Origin: Alphaproteobacteria bacterium
GTDB lineage: Bacteria; Pseudomonadota; Alphaproteobacteria; GCA-2731375
DNA: 64,000 bases
Direction: 5' to 3'
Assembly: GCA_041940205.1 (NCBI GenBank)
Contig: JBGTSP010000001.1
Span: 245 to 64,244, forward strand
Position numbers and translations under genes: made by a program. The notes beneath the pieces are model-generated. The model had not been told where the DNA came from. It made no database searches and was given only the letters and a program-made list of their open reading frames with translations. Below, one piece after another: positions 35,941 to 45,090 of the stretch; the stretch's first letter is position 1; each line of letters begins with the position of its first letter.

Positions 35941-38900
35941 TCTCAACATCCGGCTGGCGGTCGATAACACCGGGCAGGTCGTGGGCGAGTTTCGCCGGAT
36001 CGGCGAAGCCGGCGAAAAGAACCTGGACCGAATCCGCCGCAAGTCGGGCGAGACGTCGAAACAGCTCGAGGCGGCGTCGCGCCAGGCGGCGATCCTTCGG
36101 GCCCGGTTCCTGGCCCTGGCCGCCGTCGCGGCGGCGGTGGCGACGGCAATGGCGTTCGACCGGGCCGTCCGCGACGCGGCGAACTTCGCTGCGGCGATCG
36201 GCGAAACCGCCGACAAGCTGGGCATCGCTGCCGATCGCCTGCAGGAGTACCGCTTCGCGGCGGCGTCAGTCGACGTCAGCCAACAGACGCTGGATCTCAG
36301 CCTTCAGCGCTTCATCCGCCGGGTGGGCGAGGCTGGCGCCGGCACGGGCGAGCTGAAGGGCACGCTTGAGCAGTACGGGATCGCGGTGCGCGACTCGAAC
36401 GGCCGGATGCGCGAGAGCTCGGACATCCTGGCGGATCTTGCCGAAGCGACGAAGGGCGCAGGCAGCCAGCAGGAGAAGCTGCGTATCGCGGTGAAGGCCT
36501 TCGACAGCGAAGGCGCCGGCATGGTGAAGCTGCTGGTACAGGGCGCCGATGGCATGCGGGCGCTGATGGAACAGGCCCGGGAGATGGGCGCTGTTCTGGA
36601 CGAGGGCGTGATCAAGCGCGCACAGGAAGCGCAGACGGTGCTGACCCAGCTTGCGCTGGTGCAGGAGACCAAGGTCAGCGCGGCGATGCTGAACTTCCTG
36701 CCCATCCTGGAGCGGCTCTCGGCGCGTTGGGTCGAGTTTCTCGAGAAGTCCGGTCACTTCATGCAGTTGGCGGAGTTCCTGATCGAGGGATTCGAGGACC
36801 TGGGCAAACGCAGCGACGTCCGGCTGCAGTTCGACTTCGACGAGATCATGGTCGAATTACAGGGTCTGAACGAGGAGTTGGCGAAGACGGAAGGGCAGCT
36901 TGCCCGGTTCGGATCGCGCGGTCAGACATCGACCTACTTCGCCGAGCGTGCGGCGAGGCTCCGACTCGATATCGCCGAACTCGAGAAGCAACTGGCCGAG
37001 ATCAATGCCGAGTTCGATCGTCGCCAGCGCGGTGCGGACGGCCGGACCCAGATCGAGATCGGGGCGCCTGCCGAGTCGGCGCAGCAGCGGCAGGCTCGCG
37101 AGAAGGCGGCCACGGCGCTGGCGCGTCTGCGCGGCGAACTGGAGCCCGCGACCGAGGCCACGCAGAAACTCGCCGAGGCCCGCAAGGTTCTGAACGAGGC
37201 CTTCGCCCAGAAGGTGATCGATGAAAGCGAGCTGGAGCTGCTGCGCGGCCTGGCGGAACTGGAGTTCACGCCGCCGGGCCAGGGATACGGTCCGATCGAG
37301 CTGCAGGTGGCGCAGGCCGCCCAGGCCGCCGCCGAGCTCGAAGCGACGCGCGGCGAGCAGCTCGATGCGCGGATCCGGAGCATGGAGCGCGAGGCCGACC
37401 TGGCGGGCCGGACAGTGCGCGAACAGGAACACCTCACGGACCTGACGGCGGCAGAGGCGGAGATCGGTCGGAGGCTGACGGCCGAGGAAGAGGCCCGCCT
37501 TCGCCTTGCCCGCGATCTCGTGACCGCGCGGACCCGTGAACGGGCGGCGCTCGACCAGCTCGAGTCAGACGTCAAGGCGCTCGCCCAGGGCACCAGCGGA
37601 GCGCTTCGGGACGCCTTCCGGGACGGGCTGGAGGATGGCGACTTCCTGACCGGCTTCCTGGACCGGATGCGCACCGGCCTGCTGGACGTGGCGGCGGACT
37701 TTGTCGAGGCGATGGTGATCCAGCCGGCCCTGGGATCCCTGGTGCAGGGCGTGGCCCCAGGCGTGTTCGGGGCGGGTGGATCCAGTCCGCTCAACCTGAT
37801 CGGCGCCGGCAGCAGCGTGGCGCAGCTCTTCGGTGCGCCCTCGCCGCTGGCCGGCGTGGGCCAGAAGATCATGGCGTCGATCGGTCTCGGCGGCGCCGCC
37901 ACGCCGGCGGCCGCCGCCGGCTATCTCGGCGCGGGCGAGACGATTGTCGCCCTGGGGGGCGGGTCGGCGGCGACGGGCGGCCTTGGCGCCGGCCTGGCCG
38001 CTGCCGCGCCTATCGCCCTGCCGCTTGCAGGTATTGCGCTCGCTGCCGGGAGCGGCCTGTTCGGCAAGGAGAAGACGCCTTCGGCCGGCGCGCGACTGGG
38101 GATCGCAAACGGCCGCGCCTTCATGAAGACGACGGGCGTCGCGGGCGCCGGCAATCTGTCTGGTGTGATGGCCGAGGTTGAATTCGCGATCGATGTCCTG
38201 AACAGCCTGGCGGACGCAGGGGCGCGACTTTCCCTGGACGGCATCCCGGGGGATTCGGTGCGCCTCGCCGTCGGCGAGGTCGCGGGAAACCGGGACAACA
38301 CGGGCGCCCAGATCGTCCGCGACCTGTTCCGGGTGGGCGGTATCCGCGGCATCGACGAGGGGGCGGTCGAGGCCGCCCTGACCGGTCGCGATATCGGCGA
38401 AGCGATGGCGTCGGCGATGCGCGAGGAACTGGCGCCGGCTCTCGACGAAGCGACGTCTGCCCTGGCGCTTTACACCCAGGGTGTGACGGACGCGAGCCGG
38501 GAGGCTTCGCGTGCGGCCGACCGCTATCGCGACGTGGGGCAGACCCTGCTGGCAGCGGCGTCGCGCTTGCCGATCGGTGATCTGTCGCCCCTGGATCCGG
38601 CCGCGCGGCTGACGGCCGCCCGTGGCCTGTTCACCAGCCAGGCCGCCAGTGCGCGCCAGGGCGACCTGGAAGCGCTGTCCGACCTGCCGTCCCTGGCGGA
38701 TGAGCTGCTGCAGGCTTCGGCGGCCTTCCACGGGGCCACGCCGCTCTATGCGCAAGATTTCGACGCCGTGGTCGCCGAGCTGGAAGCGCTCGGCGCGCTG
38801 TCCGGCACGCTGGCGTCCGAGGCGGATGCCCAAATGACTGCCCTGTCGGAACAGTCCGATCTGCTGGCCGGGATCCGGGCCCTGCTCGAAGCGCCGGAGG

Positions 38901-39496
38901 GGCCGAACGCCGATATTCTCCGGGCCCAGCTGCAGACCCTCGAGGCCATCGCCACGGGCGACGTCTCGGCCGTTGTCGCCGGCGTCGGTACCGTGGCGGA
39001 CCAGGCGGCGGCGATCGTGGCGGAGCGTGCCGCGGCCGCCGCAGGAGGCGGATCGAACCTGGTGCCCATGCCGACGATCGGCACGGCCAAGGACGCCTCG
39101 GCGGCGGTCTCCCGGGGGGCAGGTGGCAAGGTGTTCACGCCCGACGTGCTCAATACCTTCGGCAGCATCGAGGCGGCGGTGCAGAACGGTTACGACGTCC
39201 CGCTGTCGCTGCAGTTCGGTGGGCGTGCGGCCGCCAACTACCTGCCCGGATATGCCGAAGGTGGCATCACGGATGGACTGTCGATCGCCGGCGAGGCCGG
39301 GCCGGAGGCGGTTATCCCGCTCTCGGGCGGTCGACGCATCGGTGTGGCCCGGGTCCCGGGAATCGACGGGCTTCGCGCGGAGATGGCGGCCCTGCGCCGG
39401 CAGGTGCAGCACCTGACGGACCTGACGGCTGAGGGCGTCGAGGAGTCTCGACGGACCAGCCTGGCGACATCCCGCATGGCAAAGAGAGGGCGCTGA
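35927..39496 (+). CDS. Tail tape measure protein
   Basis: 1189 aa, extensive coiled-coil A/E/R/L-rich N-half, Gly-rich segment, downstream of G/GT. Confidence 0.9.
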   Translation: MAARNLNIRLAVDNTGQVVGEFRRIGEAGEKNLDRIRRKSGETSKQLEAASRQAAILRARFLALAAVAAAVATAMAFDRAVRDAANFAAAIGETADKLGIAADRLQEYRFAAASVDVSQQTLDLSLQRFIRRVGEAGAGTGELKGTLEQYGIAVRDSNGRMRESSDILADLAEATKGAGSQQEKLRIAVKAFDSEGAGMVKLLVQGADGMRALMEQAREMGAVLDEGVIKRAQEAQTVLTQLALVQETKVSAAMLNFLPILERLSARWVEFLEKSGHFMQLAEFLIEGFEDLGKRSDVRLQFDFDEIMVELQGLNEELAKTEGQLARFGSRGQTSTYFAERAARLRLDIAELEKQLAEINAEFDRRQRGADGRTQIEIGAPAESAQQRQAREKAATALARLRGELEPATEATQKLAEARKVLNEAFAQKVIDESELELLRGLAELEFTPPGQGYGPIELQVAQAAQAAAELEATRGEQLDARIRSMEREADLAGRTVREQEHLTDLTAAEAEIGRRLTAEEEARLRLARDLVTARTRERAALDQLESDVKALAQGTSGALRDAFRDGLEDGDFLTGFLDRMRTGLLDVAADFVEAMVIQPALGSLVQGVAPGVFGAGGSSPLNLIGAGSSVAQLFGAPSPLAGVGQKIMASIGLGGAATPAAAAGYLGAGETIVALGGGSAATGGLGAGLAAAAPIALPLAGIALAAGSGLFGKEKTPSAGARLGIANGRAFMKTTGVAGAGNLSGVMAEVEFAIDVLNSLADAGARLSLDGIPGDSVRLAVGEVAGNRDNTGAQIVRDLFRVGGIRGIDEGAVEAALTGRDIGEAMASAMREELAPALDEATSALALYTQGVTDASREASRAADRYRDVGQTLLAAASRLPIGDLSPLDPAARLTAARGLFTSQAASARQGDLEALSDLPSLADELLQASAAFHGATPLYAQDFDAVVAELEALGALSGTLASEADAQMTALSEQSDLLAGIRALLEAPEGPNADILRAQLQTLEAIATGDVSAVVAGVGTVADQAAAIVAERAAAAAGGGSNLVPMPTIGTAKDASAAVSRGAGGKVFTPDVLNTFGSIEAAVQNGYDVPLSLQFGGRAAANYLPGYAEGGITDGLSIAGEAGPEAVIPLSGGRRIGVARVPGIDGLRAEMAALRRQVQHLTDLTAEGVEESRRTSLATSRMAKRGR

Positions 39497-39499
39497 TCA

Positions 39500-40201
39500 G
39501 TGGGCGATATCGTCTGGGCCGACATGGTCGGCGAAACCACCGCCAAGGCCGGTACGGGGAACGACTACGACCTTGAGGGCACCTTTGCGGATTTCCGGAC
39601 TTTCGCGGATGGCGTCGGGGACACCTACGACTGCTACGTGCGGGTTTCCGACGGTATTGCCGACTGGGAGATCATGCGCGTCACTGTCGACGAAGGCGGC
39701 GGCGCGGGCGGGAAGGACCAGCTGGAGGTCGTTTCCCGGATCGCAACGACGAACGGCGGGTCGGCCGTCAACTGGGCGTCGTCCGGCACCCGCCAGGTGG
39801 TCGCCGTCACACCGGCCAGCATCGTCGAGGAACTGGCCGGGAAGGGCCAGTTCAAGATGGGGACCTTCTCCCGGAACATGACGACCGCCTCCGGCGATCA
39901 GGCGATCACAGGCGTGGGCTTCCAGCCGTCCGCGGTGCTGGTGATTGCCGCGGACGCCGGCACTGCCGCGTTCAGCATCGGCTTCAGTGACGGGTCCAGC
40001 GAGGGGCATCTCTTCGACGCGCACAACAACTCGGCCAACACCTGGGACGCCAGCTCGGGCTCGATCTACATGGCGACCGGCTCGAACAACGACTACAGCG
40101 GCAGCATCTCGTCCCTCGATAGCGACGGATTCACGATCACGTGGACCCGAACCAACACGCCGACGGGCACCATCGACGCCCGCTACTTCGCGTTCAGATA
40201 G
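39500..40201 (+). CDS. Minor tail protein (distal tail candidate)
   Basis: GTG start right after TMP stop; 233 aa beta-rich. Confidence 0.45.
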   Translation: MGDIVWADMVGETTAKAGTGNDYDLEGTFADFRTFADGVGDTYDCYVRVSDGIADWEIMRVTVDEGGGAGGKDQLEVVSRIATTNGGSAVNWASSGTRQVVAVTPASIVEELAGKGQFKMGTFSRNMTTASGDQAITGVGFQPSAVLVIAADAGTAAFSIGFSDGSSEGHLFDAHNNSANTWDASSGSIYMATGSNNDYSGSISSLDSDGFTITWTRTNTPTGTIDARYFAFR

Positions 40202-40211
40202 GGAGGGGAGA

Positions 40212-40745
40212 ATGCGGGTCTGCGTCGTCAAGGCGACCGGAGAGCTCATCGAGGCGCAGTCGGGCGATCAGGCGCCGCTGGACGTCCTGGTTCAGAACGC
40301 CCTCACTGCCGGTCATGCGCTCGAGGACATCGAGGCCAAGGTGGTCAGCTCGGCGGAATATGCCGCCTTGCGCACACCTTCGCTTGCGGACGCCAAGATC
40401 CGGGCGCGCCGCAGGATCGATACCGCGGCCGAGGCGGCGCGCCTCGCCTATGTCACCGATGGCGCCGCGATGGCCCTGGTGTACCGACAGAAGTACGCCG
40501 AGGCGCTGGCATGGCAGGCCGACAACGAACAGGTCGGCCCGCTGCTGCAGGCGGAGGCCGCGCGCACCGGCTCGGCGGCCGCCGACATCGTGGCAACCTG
40601 GTCGGCCAAGGCGTCGGCCTGGCTGTCGGCGGCGGCTGCGATCGAGACCATCCGCCACGACGCTCTGGATGCAATAGAAACGTCTGGTGATGTGCAGGCC
40701 GTGCAGGCCGTGCTTGACACCCTGCCGGCATGGCCGTCGCCATGA
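40212..40745 (+). CDS. Hypothetical tail protein
   Basis: GGAGGGGAG RBS; 177 aa helical. Confidence 0.45.
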   Translation: MRVCVVKATGELIEAQSGDQAPLDVLVQNALTAGHALEDIEAKVVSSAEYAALRTPSLADAKIRARRRIDTAAEAARLAYVTDGAAMALVYRQKYAEALAWQADNEQVGPLLQAEAARTGSAAADIVATWSAKASAWLSAAAAIETIRHDALDAIETSGDVQAVQAVLDTLPAWPSP

Positions 40746-42382
40746 TGGGACATGCGGCGGTCGGCGAGATCGCGATCTCCGGCTGGCGGGCGGCAGACGA
40801 TGTCACCGTGCCGAGCAACTACCAAGCTCTGCTGGCGGATCCTGATGCGCCGCGGATCTACCTGGTGGAGGCCTCACCCTACGATCCGGACACGGCCGGC
40901 GTGGTGACCAGGCGGTGGTCGACGTCGGGGTACGAGTCCGGACCATCGGACACGCCCGCGAACACGCACTTCCAGCCACGTGTGTCCCAGCCCCTGGCCT
41001 TTGGCCGGGAGATCAGTCGCGGCGGATTGCCGGACGGTCGCGCCCGATCGACCTCGGCCGAGATCGTGCTGACGAATGGCGACGGTGACCTCGATGCACT
41101 GCTCGATTGGGATTGGAAGGGCCGTGTGGTGACCGTGAAGATGGGGGCTCCCGGCTTTGCCTACGCGGACTTCGGGACCGTGTTCAGCGGCACGGCCGCC
41201 GGTGTGAGCGGTACCGAGGACGAGTTCACGATCCGGATCCGGGACTTCGCCGCGGCCCTGGAAACGCCGATCCAGTCGACCACCTATGCCGGCACCGGGG
41301 CCGAGGAAGGCGGCGATGACGTCAAGGGCTTGCCGAAGCCGCGCTGTTTCGGCCGGGTGCGCGAGGTGCCTGCGGTTCTGGTCGAGGCGGGCACGCTGCT
41401 CTACCAGGTGAACGACGGCGCCGTCTCGGCGATCACGGCCGTGTACGACAACTCGGCCTCGGGGATGACGGATGGCGGCGATCACGCCACGGTCGCGGCC
41501 CTGCGGGCGGCGAGCCTATCGGCCGGGACCTTCGAGACCTGCGAGGCCGAAGGGTATTTCCGGATCGCCGGCGTCGGTGGCAAGCCGACCGGTCAGATCA
41601 CGGCCGACGTCGACGGGGCGAAGTTCGGCGGTACCTTCTACAGCGACCCCGGGACGCTGATCCGGAAGATCGCCGTCACCTATGGCGGCCTGACGGATCC
41701 CGATGACTTCGACAGTGCGGCGTTCTCGAGCTTCGAAGCGGCCGTCACCGGCGTTGTGGGCCTGTGGGTTGGTCCGCAGGAAGTCACGACGGCCGAGGTC
41801 CTGGACAGGATCGCCGGCGGTGTCTTCGCCGCCTGGGGTGGCAACCGGCTTGGCGAACTGACAATCACCCGTTTCGCGAAGGCGACCGGCGCCGCTGCCC
41901 TGACGCTGACCGCGGCGGACATCCTCGAGGTCGAGCGGCTGGAGAGCGAGGAGCCGTACGACACGGCAGCAGAGGCGCTGCGGGTCGGCTACCGGCGTAT
42001 CTGGCATGTGCCGGATCAGCAGGCGATCGCCGGCAGCGTGTCGGCCGATCGGCAGGGATACCTGGCCCGGGAGTATCGACGGGTCGAATACACGGCCAGC
42101 CCGACCGGTGTGGCGGAGCCGGCGACGATCGAGGCGAACAGCATCTTCGACACGGAAGCCTCAGCGCAGGCGGAGGCCGACCGGCTGGGCCCGGTGTTCG
42201 CCGCCGGACCGGGCGCCTGGCGGATCGTCGCCAACGAGAGGCCCTTCAGTTTGGAAGCGGGCCAGGTGGTGTTCGTGACCTATAGCCGTCTCGGCCTCGC
42301 CGACGGCCATCGTCTGCGCGCGCTTGCGGTCGAGGACGACGGGGCCGAGGGGCGCATCGAGCTGATCGTCTGGGGAGAGTGA
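40730..42382 (+). CDS. Large tail-tip / host-specificity-type structural protein
   Basis: 550 aa beta-rich; in baseplate/tip position after TMP. Confidence 0.5.
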   Translation: MAVAMMGHAAVGEIAISGWRAADDVTVPSNYQALLADPDAPRIYLVEASPYDPDTAGVVTRRWSTSGYESGPSDTPANTHFQPRVSQPLAFGREISRGGLPDGRARSTSAEIVLTNGDGDLDALLDWDWKGRVVTVKMGAPGFAYADFGTVFSGTAAGVSGTEDEFTIRIRDFAAALETPIQSTTYAGTGAEEGGDDVKGLPKPRCFGRVREVPAVLVEAGTLLYQVNDGAVSAITAVYDNSASGMTDGGDHATVAALRAASLSAGTFETCEAEGYFRIAGVGGKPTGQITADVDGAKFGGTFYSDPGTLIRKIAVTYGGLTDPDDFDSAAFSSFEAAVTGVVGLWVGPQEVTTAEVLDRIAGGVFAAWGGNRLGELTITRFAKATGAAALTLTAADILEVERLESEEPYDTAAEALRVGYRRIWHVPDQQAIAGSVSADRQGYLAREYRRVEYTASPTGVAEPATIEANSIFDTEASAQAEADRLGPVFAAGPGAWRIVANERPFSLEAGQVVFVTYSRLGLADGHRLRALAVEDDGAEGRIELIVWGE

Positions 42383-43191
42383 TGGCGCGACACATCCTGC
42401 TGGGAAAGAGAAACCTGACGGACCTGTCGGCGGCGGCCTTCACTGCCAGCCACGAGTCTGGCGGCCTGGTGGTCGAGAACCTCCAGACGGTCGACGTGAC
42501 CGAACGCTGGCGGGCCGGCGCCGTATCGAGCGTCTCCCTGGAAACCGACCTTGGCGCGGCCTACGACGTCGGCCTGCTGGCCCTGATCAATTCGAACATC
42601 ACCAGCGCGGCAACGGGGCGGGTGCGCGGGGCGACCAGCCAGGCCAATCTGACCGCGGCTCCCGGCTATGACAGCGGCGCGGGGATCTCGCTCTGGCCGG
42701 CAGACACGTCCACGGCCATCCGCGGCTATGTCAACATCGTGCATATCCCCTCGACGGTTCAGAGCTACCGCTGGTGGCGTTGGGATCTCGACGACGCCGG
42801 CAATGGCGATGGCTACCTGACGGCGGGCCGGTCGGTGATCCAGGAGGTGGTGGAGCCCGACCGCAACTTCGCACGCGGAGCGATGCACGGTCACCGCGAT
42901 CCGTCGGTGGCGCGGCGCAGTCGTGGCGGCCAACCGACCTGGCGCACCGAAACGAAGTCGCGGATTCGCTCCTTCGAACTGCCGGCGCTGACGGCGGCCG
43001 AGGCGGATGCGTTGGACGACATCGATGCGCTGCACGGCCGGACGCTGGACCGGGCGATCTGCCTGCAGCCCGACGACACCGACCGGATGTACCGGCATTT
43101 CATGTGGGGTCCGGTGACCGAGCTCGCTCCCTTCGAGGACGTCCGGCACCAGAGGTCGGTGCGTCGGTTCAGCCAGGAGGAAAGACTGTGA
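42382..43191 (+). CDS. Hypothetical tail-tip protein
   Basis: 270 aa, ATGA-coupled to previous gene. Confidence 0.45.
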   Translation: MARHILLGKRNLTDLSAAAFTASHESGGLVVENLQTVDVTERWRAGAVSSVSLETDLGAAYDVGLLALINSNITSAATGRVRGATSQANLTAAPGYDSGAGISLWPADTSTAIRGYVNIVHIPSTVQSYRWWRWDLDDAGNGDGYLTAGRSVIQEVVEPDRNFARGAMHGHRDPSVARRSRGGQPTWRTETKSRIRSFELPALTAAEADALDDIDALHGRTLDRAICLQPDDTDRMYRHFMWGPVTELAPFEDVRHQRSVRRFSQEERL

Positions 43192-43574
43192 GATCCGGAA
43201 CGCTTCTTCCGATCGCGGCCGCCGTTCTGGCGGCCGTTTTCGTTTCGGGCTGCACCGGGCCCGGCCGGCCGGCGAACGTCGTCACCGAGCCGTTCCCGAA
43301 CAGGCTCGACTGCACCGGCCCGGGCGATGTCGCGGCCGTGATGCTGGCCCGCTGGCCCGACGCGACAGGCTATGTGCTGGGCCCGGCGATGCGGGAAGCC
43401 ATCCTCCAGGACATCGCGCTGTTCAGGGGCTTCCGTCCGGACGCGGACATGGTGGTCGCCTGGGCGGACGCCGCCCCGAATGTCGTGCCCCTGCACCTGT
43501 TCAAGGCCGGCTGCCACGTCTTCGCGACGGGCGTCGACCTTGAACGTATCCGTCCGGTCGGCGAGCCGACCTGA
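43188..43574 (+). CDS. Phage-encoded lipoprotein (GTG start)
   Basis: Signal peptide plus lipobox LAAVFVSGC; proline-rich mature N-terminus. Confidence 0.5.
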   Translation: MRSGTLLPIAAAVLAAVFVSGCTGPGRPANVVTEPFPNRLDCTGPGDVAAVMLARWPDATGYVLGPAMREAILQDIALFRGFRPDADMVVAWADAAPNVVPLHLFKAGCHVFATGVDLERIRPVGEPT

Positions 43575-43607
43575 CCCCACCGGCGAACGAAGTACCCGGG
43601 AGACACC

Positions 43608-43844
43608 ATGGAACATAGCAACGAGACGAGGATCGCGCTGCTCGAGCAGGAGCTCGCGAACACACGCCAGAGCCTGGCGAAAACCCAGGAGCAGGTCAGC
43701 CGGCATGACCAGGTCCTCCACATGGCCAGTGGCGGAAAGCGGTTGGTCATGCAGCTCCTCGGCGTCCTCGTCTCGATGACGGTGCTCGCCGGCGCCGTCT
43801 GGGCTTCGGTGAAGTACCTGGTGCAGCTCGGGGCTGGAAAATGA
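43608..43844 (+). CDS. Small membrane protein, N-terminal coiled coil plus C-terminal TM (lysis-region; holin/antiholin candidate)
   Basis: GAGACACC RBS-like; TM LVMQLLGVLVSMTVLAGAVWA. Confidence 0.4.
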   Translation: MEHSNETRIALLEQELANTRQSLAKTQEQVSRHDQVLHMASGGKRLVMQLLGVLVSMTVLAGAVWASVKYLVQLGAGK

Positions 43845-44368
43845 ACATCTCAACCGCTCGCGGGCTGTGGGCCGCGTTCAACCAGGCGGCCCTTCGGACG
43901 GCGGGCTGGGGGTTCCTCGCGATCTGCGCGGCAATCGCCTTCGGAGTCGGGACCGTGGGACCGGTTTTCACGATCGAGGCAGGCCTGGATCGGCCGGTTC
44001 GCGATGGACGACCTGTCGGCGTCGTGCGCCCGGGCGATCGGGTGTTCCGGCAGGTGACCTACGAGGTGCACTACCGTCATTGCGGCACGCTCAGGCACAC
44101 GCTGCATGCCGGCTCCGCGGTGATCTATCTGCCGGACATCGGCGCGGTCTGCTCGGATCCCGGACGCTACGAACGCCGCCTCTTCCCCATCCCGATCGAA
44201 GCGCTCGAAGGCGTGCCTGCGGGCCCGGTGATCTACGACAGCCGGATCGACTATCCGCCCCGCCACCCGGTGCTTCTCGGCCTGCGCCTGCCGCTGCGGA
44301 TCGCGCCGCCGGCGCCGGCGATTCCACCGGTGCGGTTCAGGTGGGAGCCGGAGGTCGACGCGCCATGA
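43841..44368 (+). CDS. Membrane-anchored protein with proline-rich C-terminus (spanin-like candidate)
   Basis: N-terminal TM WGFLAICAAIAFGVGTVGPVF; ATGA-coupled. Confidence 0.35.
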   Translation: MNISTARGLWAAFNQAALRTAGWGFLAICAAIAFGVGTVGPVFTIEAGLDRPVRDGRPVGVVRPGDRVFRQVTYEVHYRHCGTLRHTLHAGSAVIYLPDIGAVCSDPGRYERRLFPIPIEALEGVPAGPVIYDSRIDYPPRHPVLLGLRLPLRIAPPAPAIPPVRFRWEPEVDAP

Positions 44369-44574
44369 TCGAGAAGATTCCCCGCCCACGAGTTCCCGAG
44401 AAGCATGCCGGTACGGCCGCCGGCGTGATCACCACTGCCATCTTCGCCGCTCTCGACTGGCTCACCGATCTGCCGCCGGCGCCACCCGAGCTGGTCGGCT
44501 CGACCGTCGTCATCACCAGCTGGGCGGTGGGATGGCTGCGGGCCTGGTGGCGCAAAAGGACCCACTACCGATGA
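44365..44574 (+). CDS. Small hypothetical protein (69 aa)
   Basis: ATGA-coupled between membrane protein and endolysin. Confidence 0.3.
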   Translation: MIEKIPRPRVPEKHAGTAAGVITTAIFAALDWLTDLPPAPPELVGSTVVITSWAVGWLRAWWRKRTHYR

Positions 44575-45077
44575 ACGCTGCAATCGATGCCCTCGAGGCC
44601 CGCCGGGCCCTAGATCCCCACCGACGTCTCTCGAAGAACTTCACCCTGCGCGAGGCCATGCGCAGCCAGCTCGCACTGCGCCACGGGATCGACAACTGCC
44701 CCTCGGCCGAGCTGGTGCCGGCGCTCGAGGCCGTGGCCGCACACGTGTTGCAGCCGGTGCGGGACTTCTACGCCCGGCCCTTCACACCCTCGAGCTGGTA
44801 CCGGTGTCTCGACCTCAATCGCCGCCTCGGCAGCCGCGACAGCAGCCAGCACGTGCGCGGCCAGGCGGTGGATTTCGAGGTGCCGGGGATCTCAAACGTT
44901 GAGGTCGCCATGTGGTGTCGCGACCGTCTCGAGACCTTCGACCAGCTGATCCTCGAGTTCCACACGCCCGGCGATGCGACGAGCGGCTGGGTGCACTGCA
45001 GCTGGGTGAGCCCGGCCGACAACCGCGGCGAGGTTCTCACCATCTCGGCGAACGGCGTTCGCCGGGGATTGCCCTGA
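44571..45077 (+). CDS. Endolysin, peptidase M15 (zinc D-Ala-D-Ala carboxypeptidase-like) family
   Basis: Zn-binding motifs SQHVRGQAVDF and ...LILEFH plus D; start trimmed to MNAAIDAL. Confidence 0.75.
   Translation: MNAAIDALEARRALDPHRRLSKNFTLREAMRSQLALRHGIDNCPSAELVPALEAVAAHVLQPVRDFYARPFTPSSWYRCLDLNRRLGSRDSSQHVRGQAVDFEVPGISNVEVAMWCRDRLETFDQLILEFHTPGDATSGWVHCSWVSPADNRGEVLTISANGVRRGLP
45047..45063. repeat. GC palindrome family copy 10 GGCGAACGGCGTTCGCC
   Basis: Perfect 17-bp palindrome 15 bp before endolysin stop. Confidence 0.6.
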
Positions 45078-45090
45078 AGGAGACAACAGC

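Noticed and set aside
37565-39412. 615-aa minus-strand ORF inside the tape-measure gene
   Set aside because: Antisense to a 1189-aa tape measure protein in an otherwise uniformly plus-strand structural operon; R/G-rich.
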